From Lama glama (lineage: Eukaryota), in contig CM052817.1 of NCBI GenBank assembly GCA_028534125.1, positions 83,392,001 through 83,456,000 of the forward strand: a stretch of 64,000 bases of DNA, given 5' to 3'. Made by a program: the position numbers and the translations under genes. Each line of letters opens with the position of its first letter. Position 1 is the first letter of the stretch. Of the stretch, positions 29,001-41,656 are shown piece by piece. The notes beneath the pieces are model-generated. The model was given only the letters and a program-made list of their open reading frames with translations, ran no database searches and was not told the origin of the DNA.

Positions 29001-29401
29001 GATAAATGAATTATCACTAATTATAATTACCACTAATTATCAGAGAAATTAATTTAAAACCACAATGACATATCACTTCACACCTGTCAGAATGGCTCTT
29101 ATCAAAAAAAAAATGTTGTCTTGTTGATGAGGTTGTGGAGAAAAAGAAACCCTTATAACACTATTGATGGGAATGTAAATTAGTGCAGCCACTATGGAAA
29201 ACAGCATGGAGGTTCTTCAAAACAATTAGAAATAAAACTACCATATGATTCCATAATTCCAATTCTGGGTATTTTTCTGAAGAATACAAAAAACTAACTC
29301 AAAAAGATATACGTGCCCCTATGTTTACTGCAACATTATTTACAATAGCCAAGATATGGAAGCAACGTAAGTGGCTATCAATAGACGAGTAGATAAAGAA
29401 A

Positions 29402-29402
<1 letters not shown>

Positions 29403-29433
<31 letters not shown>

Positions 29434-29470
29434 ATACATACATACATATATATACATGTGTGTATGTGTT
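29403..29470. repeat. (TG)n plus (TACA)n microsatellite inside the L1
   Basis: Directly visible. Confidence 0.95.
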
Positions 29471-29851
29471 TATAGATACATAATGGAATATTAGCCATAA
29501 AAGTGAAATCTCGCCATTTGCAATAAAATGGATGTATCTAGAGGGTATTATGCTAAGTGAAATAAGTCACACAGAGATAAACACCGAATGATTTCACTTA
29601 TATGTGGTATCTAAAAAATAAAACAGAAATAGACTCACAGATACAGAAAAGAAATGGGTAGTTCCCAGGGGGGAAGTGAGCAGGAGAGTGAATGAAATAG
29701 GTGAAGAGGAGTAAGAGAGACAAACTTCTAGTCATATAATAAGTAAGTCATGGGGACATAATGTGCATTATAGGGAATATAGTCAACAATAGTGTAATAA
29801 CTTTGAATGGTGACAGATGGTTACTAGACTTACCATGGTGATCGTATTCTT

Positions 29852-30031
29852 TTTCTTTTGTAGGGGGCATAGGTAATCAGGTGTATGTATGAATGTACGT
29901 ATGTCTTTTTAGTTTTTTTTTTTTTTAATGGAGGCTTTTAATTTTTTCTTCAATGGCGGTACTCAGGATTGAACCCAGGACCTTGTGTATGCTAAGCACA
30001 CACTCTGTCACTGAGCTATACCCTCCCCACC
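29852..30031 (-). mobile_element. tRNA-derived SINE (Vic-1-like) inserted in the L1 3' UTR
   Basis: Reverse complement begins ggggagggtatagctcagtgacagag...ggttcaatcc (A and B boxes); flanking repeats ggtgatcgtattctt (29837-29851) and ggtaatcatattctt (30032-30046). Confidence 0.9.
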
Positions 30032-30650
30032 GGTAATCATATTCTTGATGTACATAAATGCTGAGACACTGTGTTGTATACCTGAACCTAACATAATATT
30101 GTATGTCAAATCTACTTCAATAAAAAATAATACAGTAGTATTAACATTAGTACTTAATACAAAATTAATACTTCACACACTTTCACAAAATAGAAGAGGA
30201 GGGAACAGCTCCCAGTTCAATCTCTGAGGCTACTATTTCTGTGATACCAAAAGCAGAAAGACCTCACAAGAAAACTGAAGATCAGTATCTCTTATAGATG
30301 CAAAAATCCTCAACAAAATACTAGGAAACCTAATTCATTAGCATATAAAAAAGATTATACACCATGACCAATTAATGTATTAAACTGTATCAACAGAATA
30401 ATGGACAAAAACCACATAATTGTCTCAATTAATGCAGAAAAGGAATTCCACAAAATTCAACATTCCTTCATGATAAAAATACTCAATAAACAAGGAATAG
30501 AGGAGAACTTCTTCAACCTGATAAAGGTCATCTTGGGAAACTCCACAGCTAGCTTCATACATCGTTAAAGACTCAATGCTTTTCTCTTAAGATCAGGAAC
30601 AAGACAAGGATATCTGCTCTCAACACTTCTATTAAAAATTGTATTGGACC

Positions 30651-31298
30651 CAATGGAATACTACTCAGCCATAAAAACAACAACATAATGCCATTTGCAG
30701 CAACATGGTTGCTCCTAGAGAATGTCATTCTAAGCGAAGTAAGCCAGAAACAGAAAGAAAAATACCATATGAGATCGCTTATATGTGTAATCTAAAACAA
30801 AAACTAAACAAAACACAAGCATAAATACAGAACATAAATAGACTCATAGACATAGAATACAGACTTGTGGTTGCCAAGGGTGCAGAGGGTGGGAAGGGAT
30901 AGACTGAGATTTCAAAATTGTAGAATAGATAAACAAGATTACACTGTATAGCACAGGGAAATATACACAAAATGTTATGATAACTCACAGAGAAAAAAAT
31001 GTGACAATGAGTGTGTATATGTCCATGAATGACTGAAAAATTGTGCTGAACACTGGAATTTGACACAACATTGTAAAGTGATTATAAATCAATAAAAAAT
31101 GTTAAAAAAATTGTAGAATAGATAAACAAGATTATACTGTATAGCACAGGGAAACATAAACAAAACGTTATGGTAGCTCACAGAGAAAAAAATGTGACAA
31201 TGAGTGTGTATATGTCCAGGTATGACTGAAAAATTGTGCTAAACACTGGAATTTGACACAAAATTGTAAAATGATTATAAATCAATAAAAAATGTTTA
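30651..31298 (+). mobile_element. Young lineage-specific L1 3' end (L1-1_Vpa-like) with a duplicated 193-bp tail
   Basis: caatggaatactactcagccataaaa...; 17-bp TSD aaaaattgtattggacc at 30634-30650 and 31299-31315. Confidence 0.9.
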
Positions 31299-31313
31299 AA
31301 AAATTGTATTGGA

Positions 31314-31874
31314 CCAAGAGCACAAAATATCATTCCATTTCTTTGTATCATCTTCAATTTCCTTCAATGTTTTAGTTTTCAGAGTATAGGTAACCTCCTT
31401 GGTTAAGTTTATTTCTATGTATTTTGTTGTTTTTGATGCAATGGAAATGTCTATGCCAGTTATAAAATTCTGGTTTTTGTAGTGAAAAAAAAAAGTGAAG
31501 GAGAGGCCACAAATGGGAAAATATCCTTCTTTCTTACAGGTGAGTTGTATTCCATTATTTATATATGCTGCATCTTTTTTATTCATTCATCTATTGACAT
31601 GCACTTAGGATGTGTCCATATCTTGGCAATTAAAAATAATGTTGCTGTTAATAGCAAGGTTTATGTATCTTTTTGAATTAATTCTTATCTTGTGGTTAGC
31701 TTTATTCCTTTGATAACTATTTAAGTTTAAAAAGCAAAAGCTCTTAATGTTCTTAGAAACAATGAACAGTACATGTATGTAAATTTTAAAAAATATGTGC
31801 AGTATATAGTATGTATGTATTTACATGCAATCAATCAAACTGTAACAATTCTACCTAATAAAACTGAAAAATAA
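31314..31874 (+). mobile_element. Mosaic retroposed insert: antisense L1 fragments, non-L1-looking sequence, AATAAA and A-rich end
   Basis: Flanked by aaaaattgtattgga at 31299-31313 and 31875-31889; minus-strand ORF track shows ORF2-like KYIEINLTKEV...KEIEDDTKKWNDILCSW; AATAAA at 31857-31862. Confidence 0.75.
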
Positions 31875-34800
31875 AAAAATTGTATTGGAGGGTCTATCTA
31901 GAGCAATTAGGCAAGATAAACTAAAAGGCATCTAGAAAGGAAAGAAGAATGTGTACCTATTTCTACTTGTGTATAATGATTTTTTGTATACAGAAAACCC
32001 TAAAGAACCTACTAAAAACCTATTAGAACTAATAGACAAGTTCAACAATGTTATAGCATACAAGACCAATATACAATAATCACTTGAATTTCTATACACT
32101 AGGAATGAACAATCTAAAAATAAAGTTAAGAAAATTCAATTTATGTAGCATCAAAATGAATAGAATACTTAGGAAAAAATTTAACAACAAAAGGCACAAA
32201 GTTTATACTCTAAAAAGTATAAATTATTGAAAGAAATTTAAGAAAGTAAGTAGAGAGACCCAAGTAAGTGTTTAGTAGACTTAATATTGTTAAGATGGCA
32301 AGACCTACAGATTCAACACAATCCTTACAAAATCCCAACTGACTTTTTGGCAGCAATTGACAAGTTAATCCTAAAGTTCATATGGAATTTTAAATGACTC
32401 AGAATATCCAAAGCAATCCTGGAAAAGAATAACAAAGTAGGACTCCCAGTTTCAACGCTTACTACAAAGCTACAGTAATCAAGACAGTATGATACTGGCA
32501 TGAGGCTACACATATAGATTAAAAGAATAGAATTGAAACTCCAGAAATAAACTCTTTTGTTTACAGCAAACTGATTTTTTATTAAGTGTGCAAAGGCAAT
32601 TCTATAAGGAAAGAACAGTCTTTTCAACAAATGGTAAGGAGACAACAGAACATACATTATGCAAGAAGAAATTAAATTGAATGCTTTCACATAGCACACA
32701 AAAATTAACTCAAAATGGATCGCAGACCTAAATGAAAGAGCTAAAACTATAAAACTCTTAGGAAAAAATATGAGTACATCTTCGAGACATTGGATTTGGC
32801 AATGGTTTCTTTTTTTATATGATACCAAAAGCATAAGCAATAAAAGGAAAAATATGTAAGTTAGACTTCATCGAAATTAAAAACTCGTTTGCTACAAAAG
32901 ATCACATCCATACAGTAAAAAAATATTCCAGACTGGGAGAAAATATTTGCAAATCATGTATGTGGTAAGGGACTTGTATCTAGAATTGTAAAGAACTCTT
33001 AGGACTCAAAAATAAAAGGATAAATAACAAAATCTAAAAATGTGCAAAGGATCTTTATAAACATTGCTCAAAAAAATTGTAGAAATGGCCGTTATTAGTC
33101 ATGATTAGCCATCAGGGCCACTTCACAGCCACTAGGATGACTGAAATCAAAGAGATAGTAACAACTGTTGTTGAAGATATTATATTGCCACTCCCATCTG
33201 CAGGTCAGCTGATTGTTAAAACTCTGTACTTGATTTAAATTATAAAATAGATGTGAATCAAGCATTTTTCAGGAAATATATTCTGAAATTTATTGTTGTC
33301 ATACCCACAACTTAGTAGAGAGAAATAATATCTATGGAGGACTATCTGAAGAAAATGTCATGCATCCGTTATTCTTGCCCATGCCTAGACACTACCCAAG
33401 ACCAAAGGAATCAGAATTTTGGAGGGTGGGCCTAGGTATCTGTGTTTTACAAAAGCATGAAAAGGGATTCTTATTAGACATATTCCATTCTAAAAGTTAC
33501 TCTTGGATTAAATACCAGACCACCATAAAACTGAGTATCCAAATGCATTACATTAGATTCTACCATACACACATCATAGAATTTACTTTCTGGAATAATA
33601 ATTTAAATTAATGTCAAGCTATCCTGATGATTTTATTTAGATCCCTATGAAGTTTCTCAGTGTATTTATCATAAATATGATGCTAAAGACATTTGTATTT
33701 ACCATAACTCACAGTGTCCTCCCTATGAAGTCTCTTGAGTGAGGTTTCATTCTGACCTCACTACCAAAATAATCAAAATAAAGCTCTCCTGAACTATTTT
33801 TATGTCATGAATACTGTGAATCATATAACTGGTCTTGTGTTCTGCTTTGGGTTGGCTATTATATAGCCTGGAGCCAAAAGTTGTTTCCATCCCTAGTAGA
33901 AGTACAGTATCTCTCAGTCAAAGCTTTGTGTACTAACCTTATCTTTGACCTCATCTTAACTTTTTCATCAAGCAATAAAGCAATGACTCTGAACTATTCC
34001 AGTACCTTCAAGGTTCCATAAAAATTAGTTTCCATGTTTTGTCATGACATTGGAAAACACTGGGAAGCATAGCTTTAAGGTGTCAGTGCTGTATAACAGT
34101 CTGTGATAAAGTGGGAGAAAATATTTCCTTTAACTTACAAGAAAAAGGGATCGTCCTGCTGATATCCATAATGTTGCACAAAGTTTTCTATGAACTGCTC
34201 TTTCTCTTTCTATGTCTGCATCAACCCACACTCTCCACTATATGCAGATATGAAATACTGGGCAAGAAGGAAAATCCAAGTAGAAGATACCATTCAAAAA
34301 ATTAGGATCTCCATTTTACTCAAATGACCAGAGATGTTTGCCAGGAGGCTTCTTAGTGTCTCTGTAAATAAATTTCTGGTAATACTTTTGAATCACCTCA
34401 CCAGGCATGTCTAGAGCTCAGTTAGACTCTAGTTAAGACCTATTCTCCCCTGGTTTCTATATATTACACACTCAGGCAATAAAAATAAATTATCTAATTT
34501 AATCCTTACAACAATCCCAATCAAAAGGAATTATCATCCCATTTTACAGATGAGGAAACTGAGTTTCACAGAAGTAAAGACTTTTCTGATACCTAAATTT
34601 GGAAACAATTCAATGGGTATACACTGTCTTCAGATCACATACTCTTTGAATCTGGGATGCTTTCAGGTCTTTCAATCATTATTACTTTAATCATTGTGCC
34701 ATCAACTGCCACTCTAGCATGTCCATCCAACACATAATTCCTTAATTATATGCACCAACAATAAATACACAGAGTTCACTCTGGTTCATTTTTAAGATTT

Positions 34801-35684
34801 TTCACTGCACTGGAAATAAAGAACTTATGGGTTTGTTAAGTCTCTTAAAACTATAGACTCAAAAAGAAAAGAAAAAAAAAACCTATAGACTCCCAAAACT
34901 AAGCTACCAATACAAAAATCAAAAATTCAAATTCAGGACCATTAAGAAAACTCTTTCAAAAAGGACCCTATTACCTTTTTATGTTGTAATGCAGGAGCTA
35001 TTTTTATTTATTTATCTATTTGTTGATTTATCAAGGTACATACTCTACAGAACACATTTTTGGTGGCAAGAGAATGGAAAGATGATTAAAATGACCCCAT
35101 TCTCACGCAGCTCACAATTCAGTGAATATGTTAGATAGTATCTGTTGTCTATGGGCAAGGACAAAGGAGCCCACTAGTCTCTCTCTCACTATCTCTGACA
35201 GTACTTTGCTCCTTTTAGCCTCTGATGGTTAATTTTACATGTCAATTTGACTGAGCCACGGAGGTGACCAATATTTAGTCAAATACTATTCTATGTGTGT
35301 CTGTGAGGGGTTTTCTGAATGAAATTAACATTTGAATCAGTACACTGAGTAAAGCAGAGTGCCCTCCCTAGTGTAGGAGGGCCATATCCAATCCATTGAA
35401 GGCCTAAATAGAACAAAAAGCATTGAGTAAAACAGAAGTTCTTCCAGCATGACTGCTTAAGCTGGAATATCAGGGGTTTTTCCTGCCTTCAGACTCAAAA
35501 TGAAACCAGCTCTTCCTGGGTTTTAGCCTGCTGGCTCTCAGACTAGAACACATTGACTCTCCTGGTTCTCACACCTTCAATATTGGACTGGAAGTAGACA
35601 TTGGCTCTTCTAGGTCTCCAGTTTGCCAACTACAGATCTTAGAACTTGTCAACCTCCAGTCACATCAGTCAATTCCTTTACACA

Positions 35685-35740
35685 TTCACAGACACACCCA
35701 CCCACCCACCCACCCACCCACACACACACACACACACACC
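35685..35740. repeat. (CCCA)n(CA)n microsatellite
   Basis: Directly visible. Confidence 0.95.
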
Positions 35741-35970
35741 GAGTTGACCTTTGAATAGTGTAGGGGTTAGGGGCACCAATCCTTGCCTCCCCCAATCAAA
35801 AATCAACATGTAACTTTTCCACTGGCCCTCCATATCCAAGGTTTCACATCCAAGGTTCGATCAACTGCAGAGCATGTTGTACTGTAACACATATTTACTG
35901 AAAAAAAAAAAAAAACCCAAGCATAAGTGGACCCTCCCAGCTCAAACCCAGATGGTTCAAAGGTCAACTA
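35741..35970. mobile_element. MER8-like non-autonomous Tigger (TcMar) element
   Basis: Perfect 14-bp inverted repeats agttgacctttgaa (35742-35755) and ttcaaaggtcaact (35956-35969); internal ggggttaggggc and ataagtggaccc. Confidence 0.88.
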
Positions 35971-36454
35971 TATACATTGTATTGGTTTTGTTTTTCTGGA
36001 AATCCTAACCTAGTCTCCAACAAGATGAGCAACTCATCTATGAAAGATCTGATATTTAGTTCATTTTATTAGTGTTCAGGTTCTTGAAGAAGGGTGGGGT
36101 GGGTGCCATTACTACTGTCCAAAACTGAAGAGTCCCTATGTAATAAACACATTACCTTCATAGAATGGTAGTGAAGACTTCTAGTGCTACCACAACACTA
36201 GATTTATATACAGTGATCTTCTAATACTAATATGAACAAAAAGGCCCTGTCCCATTGGGAAGAGGAAGGAGACTAAATATTTCATTTTCATCTAACCATA
36301 AAGAGGTAGATTCATTCCTAAATTATGTTTAAAATATAAAATTAATATTATATCACCAAACTAGGATATCTCATTTGTTGTATTAAGTTGAATATACTTG
36401 AGAAACAATTAGGAGGTGAAACTTACAGACTAAAATAATAGCTGAAAAAGTCAA

Positions 36455-37048
36455 CTGTGGTGGTGGTTTCATTGGTGTATACATCTATCAAATTTCATCA
36501 AATTGTACATCTGAAACCTATGTAGTTTATTGTATAGGAATCATACCATAAGAAAGGTGTTGAAAAAAGAAAAAGCCAATATGAAAAGGCTACATACTGT
36601 ATGATTCCAACTACATGACACTCTGAAAAAGGCAAAGCTTTTTTACTGCTGGAGACAATAAAAAGACCAGTGGTTGCCAAGGTTTCAGGGTAAGAGAGGA
36701 AGGGATAAATAGGTGAAAGACAAGGGATTTTTAGGGCAGTGAAACTACTCTGTATAATACTGTAATGGTAGATCCATGCCATTATAGATTTGTGAAAATC
36801 CATACCATGTACAACACAAAGAGTGAGCCTTAATGTAAACTATGGAACTTTAGTTAATAATAATGTATCAATATTGGTTCATCAATTATTACAAATGTAC
36901 CACACTAATGCAAGATGTTCACAATAGGGGAAATTGGGTTAGGGTAGGGAAGGTGTGAGAGTATGCAAGAATTCTATACTTTGTGCTCAATTTTTCTGTA
37001 AACCTAAAACTGCTCTAAATGAAGCCTATTAATTAAAAAAATTAAAAA
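36455..37048 (+). mobile_element. Two adjacent old L1 3' ends (~36455-36565; L1MC1-like ~36570-37048)
   Basis: gaaaaggctacatactgtatgattccaact...aatgtaaactatgga...tttttctgtaaacctaaaactgctct. Confidence 0.85.
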
Positions 37049-38064
37049 TCGGATAGGCTTTTGGTAATAGGGCTTTCTGGTAAGTGGCAGAGCATTTAAA
37101 ACTTGGGGCATATAGCAGCATGTATTTGGCTACCAACTTGAGGTTTTTTGTTTTTATCATTATACATTTGGTTTTTAACTATTGTGACTGTTGTGACAGA
37201 AGCAGATCAGCTGAGGCCTCAGGAGCTGCTACATGGATTCCCACTGCAGTCCATGGCACCTTGTCTATACTAAGTGGCTGGCCATCCATCAAGCCAGTAC
37301 CATAAGGTTAAGTGACTTTGGTCAAAGAGGCCTTAGACCAATGGTGGGGATACAGAGAATAGGGGTTGCAGCTTGATCCTGAACTACACAGGTAAGGCTT
37401 AAATATGTTGGAGTGGGATAAAAACTTAGAAATCAGGAGGCAGAATAATATTTGCTTCTTTTAACCACAAGAGTTCTGTTTGAGAACACTAGTGAGGGTC
37501 TAGCTTTACACTGTTAGAAAATTACTATAAAAACAAATGTCTCAACTAGATATCCAACCAACACCAACATGGCCCTGACCAGTAGACTCTCCCTAAAAGG
37601 TAGGTTTCACAGCATAAGACTGGCACAAGATTGAAAATGCCCCATTTCAGGCACGGAAGCTCTGTCACTAGGCAGAGCCTAAAGATGTCAGAACATGGAA
37701 CTCAAAGGGGATTTGGAAATTAAGATGCTTTGATAGTGCATTAAAAGGTTTTGGCTGAGTTGAAAAAAAAATACCTCAGGTGGGACTTGGTATTTAGGGC
37801 TGCCAGCATTGCAATTTTTAAACTTAGCAAGAAAGCGAAAAGGCCTCTGCAGCACTCCCTAAGGATGAGAAGGTGTGCACAGGTACTTCTCTCCTCCAGA
37901 TACAGGGAATCCATGCTGTCAAAATTAACCTCTTGAGAAGGAGTTTCTCCCAGTCAAGTTTAAACTCAATGGTCAAGGATACTAGATGTCCAGCTCCACT
38001 GGTATCTGGGTGAAAGTAAAACAAGATTCTCTCTTTGTTCGTTCAATTCTTTAGTTACAATGCC

Positions 38065-38430
38065 CAGATACCTTCACTCTGTGCCTCCACCAATGGGCTC
38101 CTGTGCCCTCTGGCTTCTGACCGACTCAGTCATTTGGAAGTGACAGCAGGAGACTGGAGGAAAGGAAGAGAGTGATGTTGGGAAACATGCTCCCTAGGCT
38201 CTTTCCCTGCCTTGGTCAAGATGTCTTCTCCCACAACCCTTTTCCTTTCAGGGTTCCAATTAATCTCTCCCTTCCCTCTCCAGGTCTAGGAGTGGTAACA
38301 GCCTCCCAGTTACCCACCGTGGGGTATACACTATTTTCTGTTGCTTCTCACCACCCACAACTGTATTATATTCCCCTCAAGTCATCCCAGGAGAGGTGTG
38401 CTACCTGTTTCCTCCAGGGCCCCTAGCTGA
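38065..38430 (+). mobile_element. LTR33-like ERVL LTR fragment
   Basis: tgccctctggcttctg...cagcaggagactggaggaaaggaagagag; caggtctaggagtggtaacagcctcc. Confidence 0.6.
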
Positions 38431-38948
38431 TAAAGACACCACTGAATTTCCGGCATGGACCTTTAGAAACACTAAATACGAGGCTTTAGGGAACAGAATT
38501 TTGCCTGAGATAGCTGTTCTCAGGACTTAGGATCAACCTGAGTGAGGAACCAGTGATGGGATAATGTTAGATGGCCTGTTAGCCCTTTAGAATCTTTTTT
38601 AAAAATAAGTTTTATCATCTATTTGATTCAGAATAAATACAAACTCTAAGACCTTGAAGAATTTCTAAACTATGTCAGACAATATTCCAGGTCATTTTTT
38701 ATGGGAACTAGACTAGGGTGTAATGTTTCTGTTTTGTGTACAGAGGAGTTCTGAAGTCCATTTAAATAATGTGTGGTTCTGACCCATTTCAGAGCCTGCT
38801 AGGAGCAAAATCTATATTGCCATCAGTAGCTCAAAGAGAAGCCACAAGAAGCAACAAGTTGCACTGAGGGCGCAGTCTCAGGAAGATGTAGCAGGAATGC
38901 TGTTCTCTTCCTCACCCCCATGGAGCAAAAAACCCAACAGGACCAGTT

Positions 38949-39128
38949 CAGGGTATCTCTAGGGAGCTTTATTTGGACAATTCTTCATTATATGGGATGT
39001 TCTATGCATTACAGGATATCTTGCATCCTTGACCCCCCACCACCACTAAATGCCATCAGTACTTTGTGATCATTGTTATAACAAAACTTCCCTAGGGGAT
39101 GATAACCATTCTGGTTTAGAACTCCTGG
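38949..39128. mobile_element. MER20-like hAT-Charlie DNA transposon remnant
   Basis: atttggacaattcttcatt...ctatgcattacaggat...ccactaaatgcca...ggtttagaactcctg. Confidence 0.6.
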
Positions 39129-41468
39129 GTTAAAAGGACAAAAATCTCAAAAAAAAAAAAAAAAACATTTCCCTGCTCTTCATGTTTCCTTCCAATGTGA
39201 AAGAAACCCCATTAAAGTAACATTCTTGGGCTCTTGCCAAAACTTTTCTCCCCACTTCCCAAGAGAAGCACACAGACTTACTGAATTAAAATGTTAAGAA
39301 GAATAAAATGGCATGTTCAACTCATTTCCCCTTCCCTTTCTCTTGGAAACAGAATGACTGCAGAAAGCAAACATTTAATGCTACATCCCCACACTGAAGG
39401 TTGTATGGGGCAGCCCCGACCCTGCCAGGTAATGCCTGCCTAGTCCTGTGCTGTTTGGAACTGGTTGGGGAAGGCTGCCTAGCTCCGTTTTGAAAAGAAG
39501 CCCATTGTTACCACAGCTAAACTTTGGTCTTCCACATTAGCTTTATGAAACATAAAGATGGCATTTTGATCTCCCATCTTGCCTACTTCATTTCTCAGTT
39601 CACTCAAAACATTAAAAGAAAAGAGGGGTGTTATTTACTGAACCTCCTCAAACCCACACTTCTGCCTATTAATTTAAATCTTCTACTAATCTACATTTCT
39701 TTTCCCTTCTGTAACAAAACTCTTCACCATCTAAATCAAGCCCACATTTTTTAAAAGCCTAGTCTTCTCACCCTCTCCCACTAATATGGAAAGTCTACAG
39801 TGGCTAAGAAAATAGAGACATTTCGAAATTGTTTGGTATTAAAAAGCTTTGGGAAACACAAACAGCAAGTGCTTAATTCACAATTTTTCTTAATTCACAA
39901 TTTTTCTAAAAACACTTATTCTTTCTTAAAATTCTTAAATCAGGTTGACCTTCTTCTCAAGAATCTTCAGTAAAATAGTTTTATCACCAAGACTTTGGAA
40001 AACTACACAGATTAAAAAATTCATTGTTAAAGAGTTTATCATCTCTCATTCCTTTATTAATACTACTCATTGCCAGAAATATTTTCCACAAAGATATCAC
40101 AATTCAAGTCTTTTGAGCTACTCAATTGTTCAACTATTTGGGGTTTTGAAGGAAAATAACAGACAGCATTTTTTCAGCCACTTTTTCCTCTTAATCGCTA
40201 AACATGTATACTTTAAGAGAAATTTAATCCAGCTTCTTCTGGTTTTTTTCATTTAAATCATTAAAATGTTATTTTTTAAAAGTCATTTGTTGTCCAAGAG
40301 GCTTTTTAAATTAGCTTCTTTGCTTAAAAATCCAAATTGGCCATAAGAATATGAGCTCTGATGCCAAAAGATTCAGGTTTGGAACAAAAGTGTGAGCCCC
40401 AAGTTGGAAATCAGTTTTAAATGCCGGCTATGACCTAAGAGGACCATGTGAACTCCTTCCCCAACTCACTGAGCCTTCTGTGGAAGCAAACATTACAGCT
40501 GAGGTTACCAAAAGGTCTTCAAAATAAATCCTGCATTCAGTAATCAATCAGAGCTTCTGGAAATTCTAATTTATGGCCTTAATTGTTACGTTTATGCTAA
40601 TCACATGTGATTTTTTCTCTACATTGTTTAAAAGGGAAAATGCTTTCAACTAAAGTTTAATTAATAAAATAATGAAATGTATTAACTTTTTTTTAATGTT
40701 TACTCTTTTCATCCTTCAAAACTAAGAAAAATCCCTTCAATTAGAAAAGAATCTGTCTCCCTTGAGTAACACCATTATTTGAGGTCATTTTGCCTCCTGC
40801 TATCCACTAGGAAAAAAATTCTTCATTTCCTCCAAAGTACCATTACCACTGGTGGTAAATTTTCACACACTTTTGTTGCTGCATCATAAACTAGGAGAGA
40901 GCACATACTTCTAAATATAAAACAAAGTACCACACTGCCATGCAGCACTGATGGAGATTTAAAAAACTCCTGGAAAAATTTTTCTTCTTTGCTCACTGGT
41001 TAGAAAAAATACTAAAGTTTAACTTTCTTTCTGCACAAGTTTCTTGGCCTTTCTAATAAGAATAGATTATTAACTTCTTTATTACTGACTTTTTTGTGTT
41101 AGAAAGATATATAACTCACATTTGCCTACCTTCTCCTTTAAAACAATCAATCTGGAAATATATTTCTACAAATTGTGAAGATTACAGAGAAATGAAAGCA
41201 ATGATTTGCAAAGATATCAAGACTGTTTTCTTGTTTTTGTCTTAACATACAAACAACTGGAAGAGACAGTTCAAAGAAATAACAGATGGAGAACGAAGTC
41301 CACAAGTCCAGACTACAGATGCAGCTTAGTTAAGGAATATATTACCAGTTTTCAGAATGCTGGGTTTTTGTGAAATAAGAAAAAAAGCATTCAAAATAAT
41401 CTAGTGTTCCACATTATCAGCATTTAACAATTCTAGTTCTAGCTTCCCAATTTAAAATATGATGTCAA

Positions 41469-41656
41469 AGATAAGATTATATTGTATAGCACAGGGAAAT
41501 ATATACAAGATCTTATGGTAGCTCACAGAGAAAAAAATGTGACAATGAATATATATACATATGTTCATGTATAAGTGAAAAATTGTGTTCTACAGTGGAA
41601 TTTGACACAACATTGTAAAATGATTATAAATCAATAAAAAATTTTAAAAATAAAAT
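41469..41656 (+). mobile_element. Very short young L1 3' tail (same family as 30651-31298)
   Basis: Perfect TSD aaaatatgatgtcaa at 41454-41468 and 41657-41671; body matches the tail at 30940-31110. Confidence 0.93.

Larger units (their letters stand above)
23353..30130 (+). mobile_element. Full-length but decayed LINE-1 (~6.8 kb; L1MA9-like 3' end): 5' UTR, ORF1 remnant ~24352-25255, ORF2 remnant ~25735-29612, 3' UTR
   Basis: Starts gatcaagatg; endonuclease start ttaaatgtaaatggtctaaatgctcccatcaaaag; ORF track 26830-27147 NLPRLNQEEIENLNRPV...GPDDFTGEF; RT motif reads FEDDM at 27792 (normally FADDM); many stops and frameshifts; ends cttcaataaaaaa. Confidence 0.95.
23085..33185 (+). mobile_element. 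Old L1 ORF2 remnant split into three collinear pieces (~23085-23352, ~30160-30633, 31890-33185) by later insertions
   Basis: ORF2-like DNA stops at ttctaccaaaaatttaagaagaatta, resumes at caaaatagaagaggagggaaca, stops at cttctattaaaaattgtattgga, and resumes at agagcaattaggcaaga. Confidence 0.88.
35222..36012 (+). mobile_element. MLT2 (ERVL) LTR interrupted by a microsatellite and a DNA transposon
   Basis: tgatggttaattttacatgtcaatttgactgagcca start, gagtaaagcagagtgccctcc, tail attggttttgtttttctgga after 35975. Confidence 0.88.

Noticed and set aside
24352..29612. L1 ORF1/ORF2 as functional CDS
   Set aside because: Many stops and frameshifts, altered RT motif, CpG-depleted 5' UTR
32325..32840. 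Longest ORF in the track (171 aa, minus strand)
   Set aside because: Antisense reading of decayed L1 ORF2; the hydrophobic composition reflects the T-rich strand
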